This document shows, in pieces, positions 51,501-64,000 of a stretch of 64,000 bases of DNA. This DNA is from Paragordius varius. Its lineage: Eukaryota; Animalia; Nematomorpha. Position 1 is the stretch's first letter. Every line of letters starts with the position of its first letter. The notes below the pieces were generated by a model that had not been told where the DNA came from, did no database searches, and was given only the letters and a program-made list of their open reading frames with translations. The position numbers and the translations under genes are program-made. The DNA lies in the NCBI GenBank assembly GCA_964247055.1, contig OZ176056.1, positions 62,001 through 126,000 of the forward strand, written 5' to 3'.

Positions 51501-53687
51501 TCTATGGTAGTTCCATCATCACCCCAAATATTTTCGAGATCGGAGTATAAATGTAATTTTTATGAATTTTTTAAATATTTAAAAAATTTATTTTATACGA
51601 TTTTAAAAATAAAAATGGCTACCTAAAATCCAAATTTGATCAGGTGATGTCACCATAATTTTTTTTGGGTAGCCCTATGGTAGTTCCATCATCACCCCAA
51701 ATATTGTCGAGATCGGAGTATAAATGTAATTTTTTTGAATTTTTTAAATATTTAAAAAATTTATTTAATACGATTTTAAAAATAAAAATGGCTACCTAAA
51801 ATCCAAATTTGATCAGGTGATGTCACCATAATTTTTTTTGGGTAGCCCTATGGTAGTTCCATTATCACCCCAAATATTTTCGAGATCGGAGTATAAATGT
51901 AATTTTTATGAATTTTTTAAATATTTAAAAAATTTATTTTATACGATTTTAAAAATAAAAATGGCTACCTAAAATCCAAATTTGATCAGTTGATGTCGCC
52001 ATAATTTTTTTTGGGTAGCCCTATGGTAGTTCCATCATCACCCCAAATATTTTGGGGATCGGACTATAAATGTAATTTTTATGAATTTTTTAAATATTTA
52101 AAAAATTTATTTTATACGATTTTAAAAATAAAAATGGCTACCTAAAATCCAAATTTGATCAGGTGATGTCACCATAATTTTTTTTGGGTTGCCCTATGGT
52201 AGTTCCATCATCACCCCAAATATTGTCGAGATCGGAGTATAAATGTAATTTTTTTGAATTTTTTAAATATTTAAAAAATTTATTTTATACGATTTTAAAA
52301 ATAAAAATGGCTACCTAAAATCCAAATTTGATCAGGTGATGTCACAATTTTTTTTGGGTAGCCCTATGGTAGTTCCATTATCACCCCAAATATTTTCGAG
52401 ATCGGAGTATAAATGTAATTTTTATGAATTTTTTAAATATTTAAAAAATTTATTTTATACGATTTTAAAAATAAAAATGGCTACCTAAAATCCAAATTTG
52501 ATCAGGCGATGTCACCATAATTTTTTTTGGGTAGCCCTATGGTAGTTCCATCATCACCCCAAATATTTTCGAGATCGGAGTATAAATGTAATTTTTATGA
52601 ATTTTTTAAATATTTAAAAAATTTATTTTATACGATTTTAAAAATAAAAATGGCTACCTAAAATCCAAATTTGATCAGGTGATGTCACTATAATTTTTTT
52701 GGGTAGCCCTATGGTAGTTCCATCATTACCCCAAATATTTTGGGGATCGGACTATAAATGTAATTTTTATGAATTTTTAAAATATTTAAAAAATTTATTT
52801 TATACGATTTTTAAAATAAAAATGGCTACCTAAAATCCAAATTTGATCAGGTGATGTCACCATAATTTTTTTTGGGTAGCCCTATGGTAGTTCCATCATC
52901 ACCCCAAATATTTTCGAGATCGGAGTATAAATGTAATTTTTATGAATTTTTTAAATATTTAAAAAATTTATTTTATACGATTTTAAAAATAAAAATGGCT
53001 ACCTAAAATCCAAATTTGATCAGGCGATGTCACCATAATTTTTTTTGGGTAGCCCTATGGTAGTTCCATCATCACGCCAAATATTTTCGAGATCGGAGTA
53101 TAAATGTAATTTTTATGAATTTTTTAAATATTTAAAAAATTTATTTTATACGATTTTAAAAATAAAAATGGCTACCTAAAATCCAAATTTGATCAGGCGA
53201 TGTCACCATAATTTTTTTGGGTAGCCCTATGGTAGTTCCATCATCACCCCAAATATTTTCGAGATCGGAGTATAAATGTAATTTTTATGAATTTTTTAAA
53301 TATTTAAAAAATTTATTTTATACGATTTTAAAAATAAAAATGGCTACCTAAAATCCAAATTTGATCAGGTGATGTCACCATAATTTTTTTTGGGTAGCCC
53401 TATGGTAGTTCCATCATCACCCCAAATATTGTCGAGATCGGAGTATAAATGTGATTTTTTTGAATTTTTTAAATATTTAAAAAATTTATTTAATACGATT
53501 TTAAAAATAAAAATGGCTACCTAAAATCCAAATTTGATCAGGTGATGTCACCATAATTTTTTTTGGGTAGCCCTATGGTAGTTCCATTATCACCCCAAAT
53601 ATTTTCGAGATCGGAGTATAAATGTAATTTTTATGAATTTTTTAAATATTTAAAAAATTTATTTTATACGATTTTAAAAATAAAAAT
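38995..53687 (+). repeat. Long segmental duplication within the array, copy 2 (about 14.7 kb, 85 monomers)
   Basis: The offset from copy 1 is 25585 at the start and 25408 at the end. The difference is fully accounted for by +2 monomers, -3 monomers and small indels. Confidence 0.9.
40545..44348 (+). repeat. Second instance of the 11-monomer tandem duplication (period 1902 bp), inside the long duplication
   Basis: Anchors at 40545 and 42447, with the same marker order as 14961-18764. Confidence 0.9.
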
Positions 53688-54897
53688 GGCTACCTAAAAT
53701 CCAAATTTGATCAGGTGATGTCGCCATAATTTTTTTTGGGTAGCCCTATGGTAGTTCCATCATCAAACCAAATATTTTGGGGATCGGACTATAAATGTAA
53801 TTTTTATGAATTTTTTAAATATTTAAAAAATTTATTTTATACGATTTTAAAAATAAAAATGGCTACCTAAAATCCAAATTTGATCAGGTGATGTCACCAT
53901 AATTTTTTTTGGGTAGCCCTATGGTAGTTCCATTATCACCCCAAATATTTTCGAGATCGGAGTATAAATGTAATTTTTATGAATTTTTTAAATATTTAAA
54001 AAATTTATTTTATACGATTTTAAAAATAAAAATGGCTACCTAAAATTCAAATTTGATCAGGTGATGTCGCCATAATTTTTTTTGGGTAGCCCTATGGTAG
54101 TTCCATCATCAAACCAAATATTTTGGGGATCGGACTATAAATGTAATTTTTATGAATTTTTTAAATATTTAAAAAATTTATTTTATACGATTTTAAAAAT
54201 AAAAATGGCTACCTAAAATCCAAATTTGATCAGGTGATGTCACCATATTTTTTTTTGGGTAGCCCTATGGTAGTTCCATCATCACCCCAAATATTTTCGA
54301 GATCGGAGTATAAATGTAATTTTTATGAATTTTTTAAATATTTAAAAAATTTATTTTATACGATTTTAAAAATAAAAATGGCTACCTAAAATCCAAATTT
54401 GATCAGGTGATGTCACCATAATTTTTTTTGGGTAGCCCTATGGTAGTTCCATCATCACCCCAAATATTTTCGAGATCGGAGTATAAATGTAATTTTTATG
54501 AATTTTTTAAATATTTAAAAAATTTATTTTATACGATTTTAAAAATAAAAATGGCTACCTAAAATCCAAATTTGATCAGGCGATGTCACCATAATTTTTT
54601 TTGGGTAGCCCTATGGTAGTTCCATCATCACCCCAAATATTTTCGAGATCGGAGTATAAATGTAATTTTTATGAATTTTTTAAATATTTAAAAAATTTAT
54701 TTTATACGATTTTAAAAATAAAAATGGCTACCTAAAATCCAAATTTGATCAGGCGATGTCACCATAATTTTTTTGGGTAGCCCTATGGTAGTTCCATCAT
54801 CACCCCAAATATTTTCGAGATCGGAGTATAAATGTAATTTTTATGAATTTTTTAAATATTTAAAAAATTTATTTTATACGATTTTAAAAATAAAAAT

Positions 54898-57800
54898 GGC
54901 TACCTAAAATCCAAATTTGATCAGGTGATGTCACCATAATTTTTTTTGGGTAGCCCTATGGTAGTTCCATCATCACCCCAAATATTGTCGAGATCGGAGT
55001 ATAAATGTGATTTTTTTGAATTTTTTAAATATTTAAAAAATTTATTTAATACGATTTTAAAAATAAAAATGGCTACCTAAAATCCAAATTTGATCAGGTG
55101 ATGTCACCATAATTTTTTTTGGGTAGCCCTATGGTAGTTCCATTATCACCCCAAATATTTTCGAGATCGGAGTATAAATGTAATTTTTATGAATTTTTTA
55201 AATATTTAAAAAATTTATTTTATACGATTTTAAAAATAAAAATGGCTACCTAAAATCCAAATTTGATCAGGTGATGTCGCCATAATTTTTTTTGGGTAGC
55301 CCTATGGTAGTTCCATTATCACCCCAAATATTTTCGAGATCGGAGTATAAATGTAATTTTTATGAATTTTTTAAATATTTAAAAAATTTATTTTATACGA
55401 TTTTAAAAATAAAAATGGCTACCTAAAATCCAAATTTGATCAGGTGATGTCACCATAATTTTTTTTGGGTAGCCCTATGGTAGTTCCATTATCACCCCAA
55501 ATATTTTCGAGATCGGAGTATAAATGTAATTTTTATGAATTTTTTAAATATTTAAAAAATTTATTTTATACGATTTTAAAAATAAAAATGGCTACCTAAA
55601 ATCCAAATTTGATCAGGTGATGTCGCCAAAATTTTTTTTGGGTAGCCCTATGGTAGTTCCATCATCAAACCAAATATTTTGGGGATCGGACTATAAATGT
55701 AATTTTTATGAATTTTTTAAATATTTAAAAAATTTATTTTATACGATTTTAAAAATAAAAATGGCTACCTAAAATCCAAATTTGATCAGGTGATGTCACC
55801 ATATTTTTTTTTGGGTAGCCCTATGGTAGTTCCATCATCACCCCAAATATTTTCGAGATCGGAGTATAAATGTAATTTTTATGAATTTTTTAAATATTTA
55901 AAAAATTTATTTTATACGATTTTAAAAATAAAAATGGCTACCTAAAATCCAAATTTGATCAGGTGATGTCACCATAATTTTTTTTGGGTAGCCCTATGGT
56001 AGTTCCATCATCACCCCAAATATTTTCGAGATCGGAGTATAAATGTAATTTTTATGAATTTTTTAAATATTTAAAAAATTTATTTTATACGATTTTAAAA
56101 ATAAAAATGGCTACCTAAAATCCAAATTTGATCAGGTGATGTCACTATAATTTTTTTGGGTAGCCCTATGGTAGTTCCATCATTACCCCAAATATTTTGG
56201 GGATCGGACTATAAATGTAATTTTTATGAATTTTTAAAATATTTAAAAAATTTATTTTATACGATTTTTAAAATAAAAATGGCTACCTAAAATCCAAATT
56301 TGATCAGGTGATGTGACCATAATTTTTTTTGGGTAGCCCTATGGTAGTTCCATCATCACCCCAAATATTTTCGAGATCGGAGTATAAATGTAATTTTTAT
56401 GAATTTTTTAAATATTTAAAAAATTTATTTTATACGATTTTAAAAATAAAAATGGCTACCTAAAATCCAAATTTGATCAGGCGATGTCACCATAATTTTT
56501 TTTGGGTAGCCCTATGGTAGTTCCATCATCACCCCAAATATTTTCGAGATCGGAGTATAAATGTAATTTTTATGAATTTTTTAAATATTTAAAAAATTTA
56601 TTTTATACGATTTTAAAAATAAAAATGGCTACCTAAAATCCAAATTTGATCAGGTGATGTCACTATAATTTTTTTGGGTAGCCCTATGGTAGTTCCATCA
56701 TTACCCCAAATATTTTGGGGATCGGACTATAAATGTAATTTTTATGAATTTTTAAAATATTTAAAAAATTTATTTTATACGATTTTTAAAATAAAAATGG
56801 CTACCTAAAATCCAAATTTGATCAGGTGATGTCGCCATAATTTTTTTTGGGTAGCCCTATGGTAGTTCCATCATCACCCCAAATACTTTGGGGATCGGAC
56901 TATAAATGTAATTTTTATGAATTTTTTAAATATTTAAAAAATTTATTTTATACGATTTTAAAAATAAAAATGGCTACCTAAAATCCAAATATGATCAGGT
57001 GATGTCACCATTATTTTTTTTGGGTAGCCCTATGGTAGTTCCATCATCACCCCAAATATTGTCGAGATCGGAGTATAAATGTAATTTTTTTGAATTTTTT
57101 AAATATTTAAAAAATTTATTTAATACGATTTTAAAAATAAAAATGGCTACCTAAAATCCAAATTTGATCAGGTGATGTCACCATAATTTTTTTTGGGTAG
57201 CCCTATGGTAGTTCCATTATCACCCCAAATATTTTCGAGATCGGAGTATAAATGTAATTTTTATGAATTTTTTAAATATTTAAAAAATTTATTTTATACG
57301 ATTTTAAAAATAAAAATGGCTACCTAAAATCCAAATTTGATCAGGTGATGTCGCCATAATTTTTTTTGGGTAGCCCTATGGTAGTTCCATCATCACCTCA
57401 AATATTGTCGAGATCGGAGTATAAATGTAATTTTTATGAATTTTTTAAATATTTAAAAAATTTATTTTATACGATTTTAAAAATAAAAATGGCTACCTAA
57501 AATCCAAATTTGATCAGGTGATGTCGCCATAATTTTTTTTGGGTAGCCCTATGGTAGTTCCATCATCACCCCAAATATTTTGGGGATCGGACTATAAATG
57601 TAATTTTTATGAATTTTTTAAATATTTAAAAAATTTATTTTATACGATTTTAAAAATAAAAATGGCTACCTAAAATCCAAATTTGATCAGGTGATGTCAC
57701 TATAATTTTTTTTGGGTAGCCCTATGGTAGTTCCATCATCACCCCAAATATTTTGGGGATCGGACTATAAATGTAATTTTTATGAATTTTTTAAATATTT

Positions 57801-58693
57801 AAAAAATTTATTTTATACGATTTTAAAAATAAAAATGGCTACCTAAAATCCAAATTTGATCAGGTGATGTCACCATAATTTTTTTTGGGTAGCCCTATGG
57901 TAGTTCCATCATCACCCCAAATATTTTCGAGATCGGAGTATAAATGTAATTTTTATGAATTTTTTAAATATTTAAAAAATTTATTTTATACGATTTTAAA
58001 AATAAAAATGGCTACCTAAAATCCAAATTTGATCAGGTGATGTCACTATAATTTTTTTGGGTAGCCCTATGGTAGTTCCATCATTACCCCAAATATTTTG
58101 GGGATCGGACTATAAATGTAATTTTTATGAATTTTTAAAATATTTAAAAAATTATACGATTTTTAAAATAAAAATGGCTACCTAAAATCCAAATTTGATC
58201 AGGTGATGTGACCATAATTTTTTTTGGGTAGCCCTATGGTACTTCCATCATCACCCCAAATATTTTCGAGATCGGAGTATAAATGTAATTTTTATGAATT
58301 TTTTAAATATTTAAAAAATTTATTTTATACGATTTTAAAAATAAAAATGGCTACCTAAAATCCAAATTTGATCAGGCGATGTCACCATAATTTTTTTTGG
58401 GTAGCCCTATGGTAGTTCCATCATCACCCCAAATATTTTCGAGATCGGAGTATAAATGTAATTTTTATGAATTTTTTAAATATTTAAAAAATTTATTTTA
58501 TACGATTTTAAAAATAAAAATGGCTACCTAAAATCCAAATTTGATCAGGTGATGTCACTATAATTTTTTTGGGTAGCCCTATGGTAGTTCCATCATTACC
58601 CCAAATATTTTGGGGATCGGACTATAAATGTAATTTTTATGAATTTTTAAAATATTTAAAAAATTTATTTTATACGATTTTTAAAATAAAAAT
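54898..58693 (+). repeat. 22-monomer block, copy 1
   Basis: The marker order GTGATTT, CATCAAACC, CCATATTT, class D, TAC loop, AAATATGATC, CACCTCAA, GTGACC/GGTACTTCC recurs at 60396-64000. Confidence 0.85.
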
Positions 58694-60395
58694 GGCTACC
58701 TAAAATCCAAATTTGATCAGGTGATGTCGCCATAATTTTTTTTGGGTAGCCCTATGGTAGTTCCATCATCACCCCAAATACTTTGGGGATCGGACTATAT
58801 ATGTAATTTTTATGAATTTTTTAAATATTTAAAAAATTTATTACCTAAAATCCAAATATGATCAGGTGATGTCACCATTATTTTTTTTGGGTAGCCCTAT
58901 GGTAGTTCCATCATCACCCCAAATATTTTCGAGATTGGAGTATAAATGTAATTTTTATGAATTTTTTAAATATTTAAAAAATTTATTTTATACGATTTTA
59001 AAAATAAAAATGGCTACCTAAAATCCAAATTTGATCAGATGATGTCACCATAATTTTTTTTGGGTAGCCCTATGGTAGTTCCATCATCACCCCAAATATT
59101 GTCGAGATCGGAGTATAAATGTAATTTTTTTGAATTTTTTAAATATTTAAAAAATTTATTTAATACGATTTTAAAAATAAAAATGGCTACCTAAAATCCA
59201 AATTTGATCAGGTGATGTCACCATAATTTTTTTTGGGTAGCCCTATGGTAGTTCCATTATCACCCCAAATATTTTCGAGATCGGAGTATAAATGTAATTT
59301 TTATGAATTTTTTAAATATTTAAAAAATTTATTTTATACGATTTTAAAAATAAAAATGGCTACCTAAAATCCAAATTTGATCAGGTGATGTCGCCATAAT
59401 TTTTTTTGGGTAGCCCTATGGTAGTTCCATCATCACCTCAAATATTGTCGAGATCGGAGTATAAATGTAATTTTTATGAATTTTTTAAATATTTAAAAAA
59501 TTTATTTTATACGATTTTAAAAATAAAAATGGCTACCTAAAATCCAAATTTGATCAGGTGATGTCGCCATAATTTTTTTTGGGTAGCCCTATGGTAGTTC
59601 CATCATCACCCCAAATATTTTGGGGATCGGACTATAAATGTAATTTTTATGAATTTTTTAAATATTTAAAAAATTTATTTTATACGATTTTAAAAATAAA
59701 AATGGCTACCTAAAATCCAAATTTGATCAGGTGATGTCACTATAATTTTTTTTGGGTAGCCCTATGGTAGTTCCATCATCACCCCAAATATTTTGGGGAT
59801 CGGACTATAAATGTAATTTTTATGAATTTTTAAAATATTTAAAAAATTTATTTTATATGATTTTTAAAATAAAAATGGCTACCTAAAATCCAAATTTGAT
59901 CAGGTGATGTCGCCATAATTTTTTTTGGGTAGCCCTATGGTAGTTCCATTATCACCCCAAATATTTTCGAGATCGGAGTATAAATGTAATTTTTATGAAT
60001 TTTTTAAATATTTAAAAAATTTATTTTATACGATTTTAAAAATAAAAATGGCTACCTAAAATCCAAATTTGATCAGGTGATGTCACCATAATTTTTTTTG
60101 GGTTGCCCTATGGTAGTTCCATCATCACCCCAAATATTGTCGAGATCGGAGTATAAATGTAATTTTTTTGAATTTTTTAAATATTTAAAAAATTTATTTT
60201 ATACGATTTTAAAAATAAAAATGGCTACCTAAAATCCAAATTTGATCAGGTGATGTCACCATAATTTTTTTTGGGTAGCCCTATGGTAGTTCCATCATCA
60301 CCCCAAATATTTTCGAGATCGGAGTATAAATGTAATTTTTATGAATTTTTTAAATATTTAAAAAATTTATTTTATACGATTTTAAAAATAAAAAT

Positions 60396-63300
60396 GGCTA
60401 CCTAAAATCCAAATTTGATCAGGTGATGTCACCATAATTTTTTTTGGGTAGCCCTATGGTAGTTCCATCATCACCCCAAATATTGTCGAGATCGGAGTAT
60501 AAATGTGATTTTTTTGAATTTTTTAAATATTTAAAAAATTTATTTAATACGATTTTAAAAATAAAAATGGCTACCTAAAATCCAAATTTGATCAGGTGAT
60601 GTCACCATAATTTTTTTTGGGTAGCCCTATGGTAGTTCCATTATCACCCCAAATATTTTCGAGATCGGAGTATAAATGTAATTTTTATGAATTTTTTAAA
60701 TATTTAAAAAATTTATTTTATACGATTTTAAAAATAAAAATGGCTACCTAAAATCCAAATTTGATCAGGTGATGTCGCCATAATTTTTTTTGGGTAGCCC
60801 TATGGTAGTTCCATTATCACCCCAAATATTTTCGAGATCGGAGTATAAATGTAATTTTTATGAATTTTTTAAATATTTAAAAAATTTATTTTATACGATT
60901 TTAAAAATAAAAATGGCTACCTAAAATCCAAATTTGATCAGGTGATGTCACCATAATTTTTTTTGGGTAGCCCTATGGTAGTTCCATTATCACCCCAAAT
61001 ATTTTCGAGATCGGAGTATAAATGTAATTTTTATGAATTTTTTAAATATTTAAAAAATTTATTTTATACGATTTTAAAAATAAAAATGGCTACCTAAAAT
61101 CCAAATTTGATCAGGTGATGTCGCCATAATTTTTTTTGGGTAGCCCTATGGTAGTTCCATCATCAAACCAAATATTTTGGGGATCGGACTATAAATGTAA
61201 TTTTTATGAATTTTTTAAATATTTAAAAAATTTATTTTATACGATTTTAAAAATAAAAATGGCTACCTAAAATCCAAATTTGATCAGGTGATGTCACCAT
61301 ATTTTTTTTTGGGTAGCCCTATGGTAGTTCCATCATCACCCCAAATATTTTCGAGATCGGAGTATAAATGTAATTTTTATGAATTTTTTAAATATTTAAA
61401 AAATTTATTTTATACGATTTTAAAAATAAAAATGGCTACCTAAAATCCAAATTTGATCAGGTGATGTCACCATAATTTTTTTTGGGTAGCCCTATGGTAG
61501 TTCCATCATCACCCCAAATATTTTCGAGATCGGAGTATAAATGTAATTTTTATGAATTTTTTAAATATTTAAAAAATTTATTTTATACGATTTTAAAAAT
61601 AAAAATGGCTACCTAAAATCCAAATTTGATCAGGTGATGTCACTATAATTTTTTTGGGTAGCCCTATGGTAGTTCCATCATTACCCCAAATATTTTGGGG
61701 ATCGGACTATAAATGTAATTTTTATGAATTTTTAAAATATTTAAAAAATTTATTTTATACGATTTTTAAAATAAAAATGGCTACCTAAAATCCAAATTTG
61801 ATCAGGCGATGTCACCATAATTTTTTTTGGGTAGCCCTATGGTAGTTCCATCATCACCCCAAATATTTTCGAGATCGGAGTATAAATGTAATTTTTATGA
61901 ATTTTTTAAATATTTAAAAAATTTATTTTATACGATTTTAAAAATAAAAATGGCTACCTAAAATCCAAATTTGATCAGGTGATGTCACTATAATTTTTTT
62001 GGGTAGCCCTATGGTAGTTCCATCATTACCCCAAATATTTTGGGGATCGGACTATAAATGTAATTTTTATGAATTTTTAAAATATTTAAAAAATTTATTT
62101 TATACGATTTTTAAAATAAAAATGGCTACCTAAAATCCAAATTTGATCAGGTGATGTCGCCATAATTTTTTTTGGGTAGCCCTATGGTAGTTCCATCATC
62201 ACCCCAAATACTTTGGGGATCGGACTATAAATGTAATTTTTATGAATTTTTTAAATATTTAAAAAATTTATTTTATACGATTTTAAAAATAAAAATGGCT
62301 ACCTAAAATCCAAATATGATCAGGTGATGTCACCATTATTTTTTTTGGGTAGCCCTATGGTAGTTCCATCATCACCCCATATATTGTCGAGATCGGAGTA
62401 TAAATGTAATTTTTTTGAATTTTTTAAATATTTAAAAAATTTATTTAATACGATTTTAAAAATAAAAATGGCTACCTAAAATCCAAATTTGATCAGGTGA
62501 TGTCACCATAATTTTTTTTGGGTAGCCCTATGGTAGTTCCATTATCACCCCAAATATTTTCGAGATCGGAGTATAAATGTAATTTTTATGAATTTTTTAA
62601 ATATTTAAAAAATTTATTTTATACGATTTTAAAAATAAAAATGGCTACCTAAAATCCATATTTGATCAGGTGATGTCGCCATAATTTTTTTTGGGTAGCC
62701 CTATGGTAGTTCCATCATCACCTCAAATATTGTCGAGATCGGAGTATAAATGTAATTTTTATGAATTTTTTAAATATTTAAAAAATTTATTTTATACGAT
62801 TTTAAAAATAAAAATGGCTACCTAAAATCCAAATTTGATCAGGTGATGTCGCCATAATTTTTTTTGGGTAGCCCTATGGTAGTTCCATCATCACCCCAAA
62901 TATTTTGGGGATCGGACTATAAATGTAATTTTTATGAATTTTTTAAATATTTAAAAAATTTATTTTATACGATTTTAAAAATAAAAATGGCTACCTAAAA
63001 TCCAAATTTGATCAGGTGATGTCACTATAATTTTTTTTGGGTAGCCCTATGGTAGTTCCATCATCACCCCAAATATTTTGGGGATCGGACTATAAATGTA
63101 ATTTTTATGAATTTTTTAAATATTTAAAAAATTTATTTTATACGATTTTAAAAATAAAAATGGCTACCTAAAATCCAAATTTGATCAGGTGATGTCACCA
63201 TAATTTTTTTTGGGTAGCCCTATGGTAGTTCCATCATCACCCCAAATATTTTCGAGATCGGAGTATAAATGTAATTTTTATGAATTTTTTAAATATTTAA

Positions 63301-64000
63301 AAAATTTATTTTATACGATTTTAAAAATAAAAATGGCTACCTAAAATCCAAATTTGATCAGGTGATGTCACTATAATTTTTTTGGGTAGCCCTATGGTAG
63401 TTCCATCATTACCCCAAATATTTTGGGGATCGGACTATAAATGTAATTTTTATGAATTTTTAAAATATTTAAAAAATTTATTTTATACGATTTTTAAAAT
63501 AAAAATGGCTACCTAAAATCCAAATTTGATCAGGTGATGTGACCATAATTTTTTTTGGGTAGCCCTATGGTACTTCCATCATCACCCCAAATATTTTCGA
63601 GATCGGAGTATAAATGTAATTTTTATGAATTTTTTAAATATTTAAAAAATTTATTTTATACGATTTTAAAAATAAAAATGGCTACCTAAAATCCAAATTT
63701 GATCAGGCGATGTCACCATAATTTTTTTTGGGTAGCCCTATGGTAGTTCCATCATCACCCCAAATATTTTCGAGATCGGAGTATAAATGTAATTTTTATG
63801 AATTTTTTAAATATTTAAAAAATTTATTTTATACGATTTTAAAAATAAAAATGGCTACCTAAAATCCAAATTTGATCAGGTGATGTCACTATAATTTTTT
63901 TGGGTAGCCCTATGGTAGTTCCATCATTACCCCAAATATTTTGGGGATCGGACTATAAATGTAATTTTTATGAATTTTTAAAATATTTAAAAAATTTATT
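60396..64000 (+). repeat. Copy 2 of the 54898-58693 block (initial offset 5498 bp; lacks one GTGACC monomer; runs off the window)
   Basis: Same ordered markers. The GGTACTTCC variant occurs only in these two copies (about 58241 and 63572). Confidence 0.85.

Larger units (their letters stand above)
1..64000. repeat. Tandem satellite DNA array, 173-bp AT-rich monomer, about 370 copies, head-to-tail, open at both window edges
   Basis: The motif GGCTACCTAAAATCCAAATTTGATCAGGTGATGTC recurs about every 173 bp from 56 to 63853 (369 intervals). Monomers differ from consensus by 0 to about 9 substitutions or small indels. I saw no non-repeat sequence and no inversion. Confidence 0.99.

Noticed and set aside
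1-64000. CRISPR array or prokaryotic repeat-spacer system
   Set aside because: There are no unique spacers: the entire 173-bp unit repeats. No cas or other genes are present.
1-64000. Transposon insertion, inversion or array boundary
   Set aside because: Every line was scanned. All monomers are in the same orientation and no foreign sequence, target-site duplication or terminal repeat was seen.

Overview
The whole 64,000-bp window is one uninterrupted head-to-tail tandem satellite array, in a single orientation and running off both edges. It holds 370 monomers by hand count (first GGCTACC anchor at 56, last at 63853, mean spacing about 172.9 bp). The consensus monomer is 173 bp and about 26% GC (exemplar 529-701; m1-m173 below are positions in that exemplar). 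I find no supportable genes, RNA genes, transposons or CRISPR array. This looks like eukaryotic heterochromatic, possibly centromeric, satellite DNA; I cannot name the family or organism. The information lies in two layers. (1) The monomer is rich in dyad symmetry: a perfect 24-bp palindrome, two crossing inverted-repeat pairs, and a variant-dependent hairpin. (2) Linked monomer variants reveal nested higher-order duplications: a 16-mer (2776 bp), an 11-mer (1902 bp), a 21-mer (3628/3629 bp), a 14.8-kb block copied 25.4-25.6 kb downstream, and a 3.8-kb block copied 5.5 kb downstream. Recombinant monomers, conversion-like replacements and a left-to-right turnover of monomer subtypes are also visible. 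All counts and alignments were done by eye and should be confirmed computationally. I did not find a new gene-based system.
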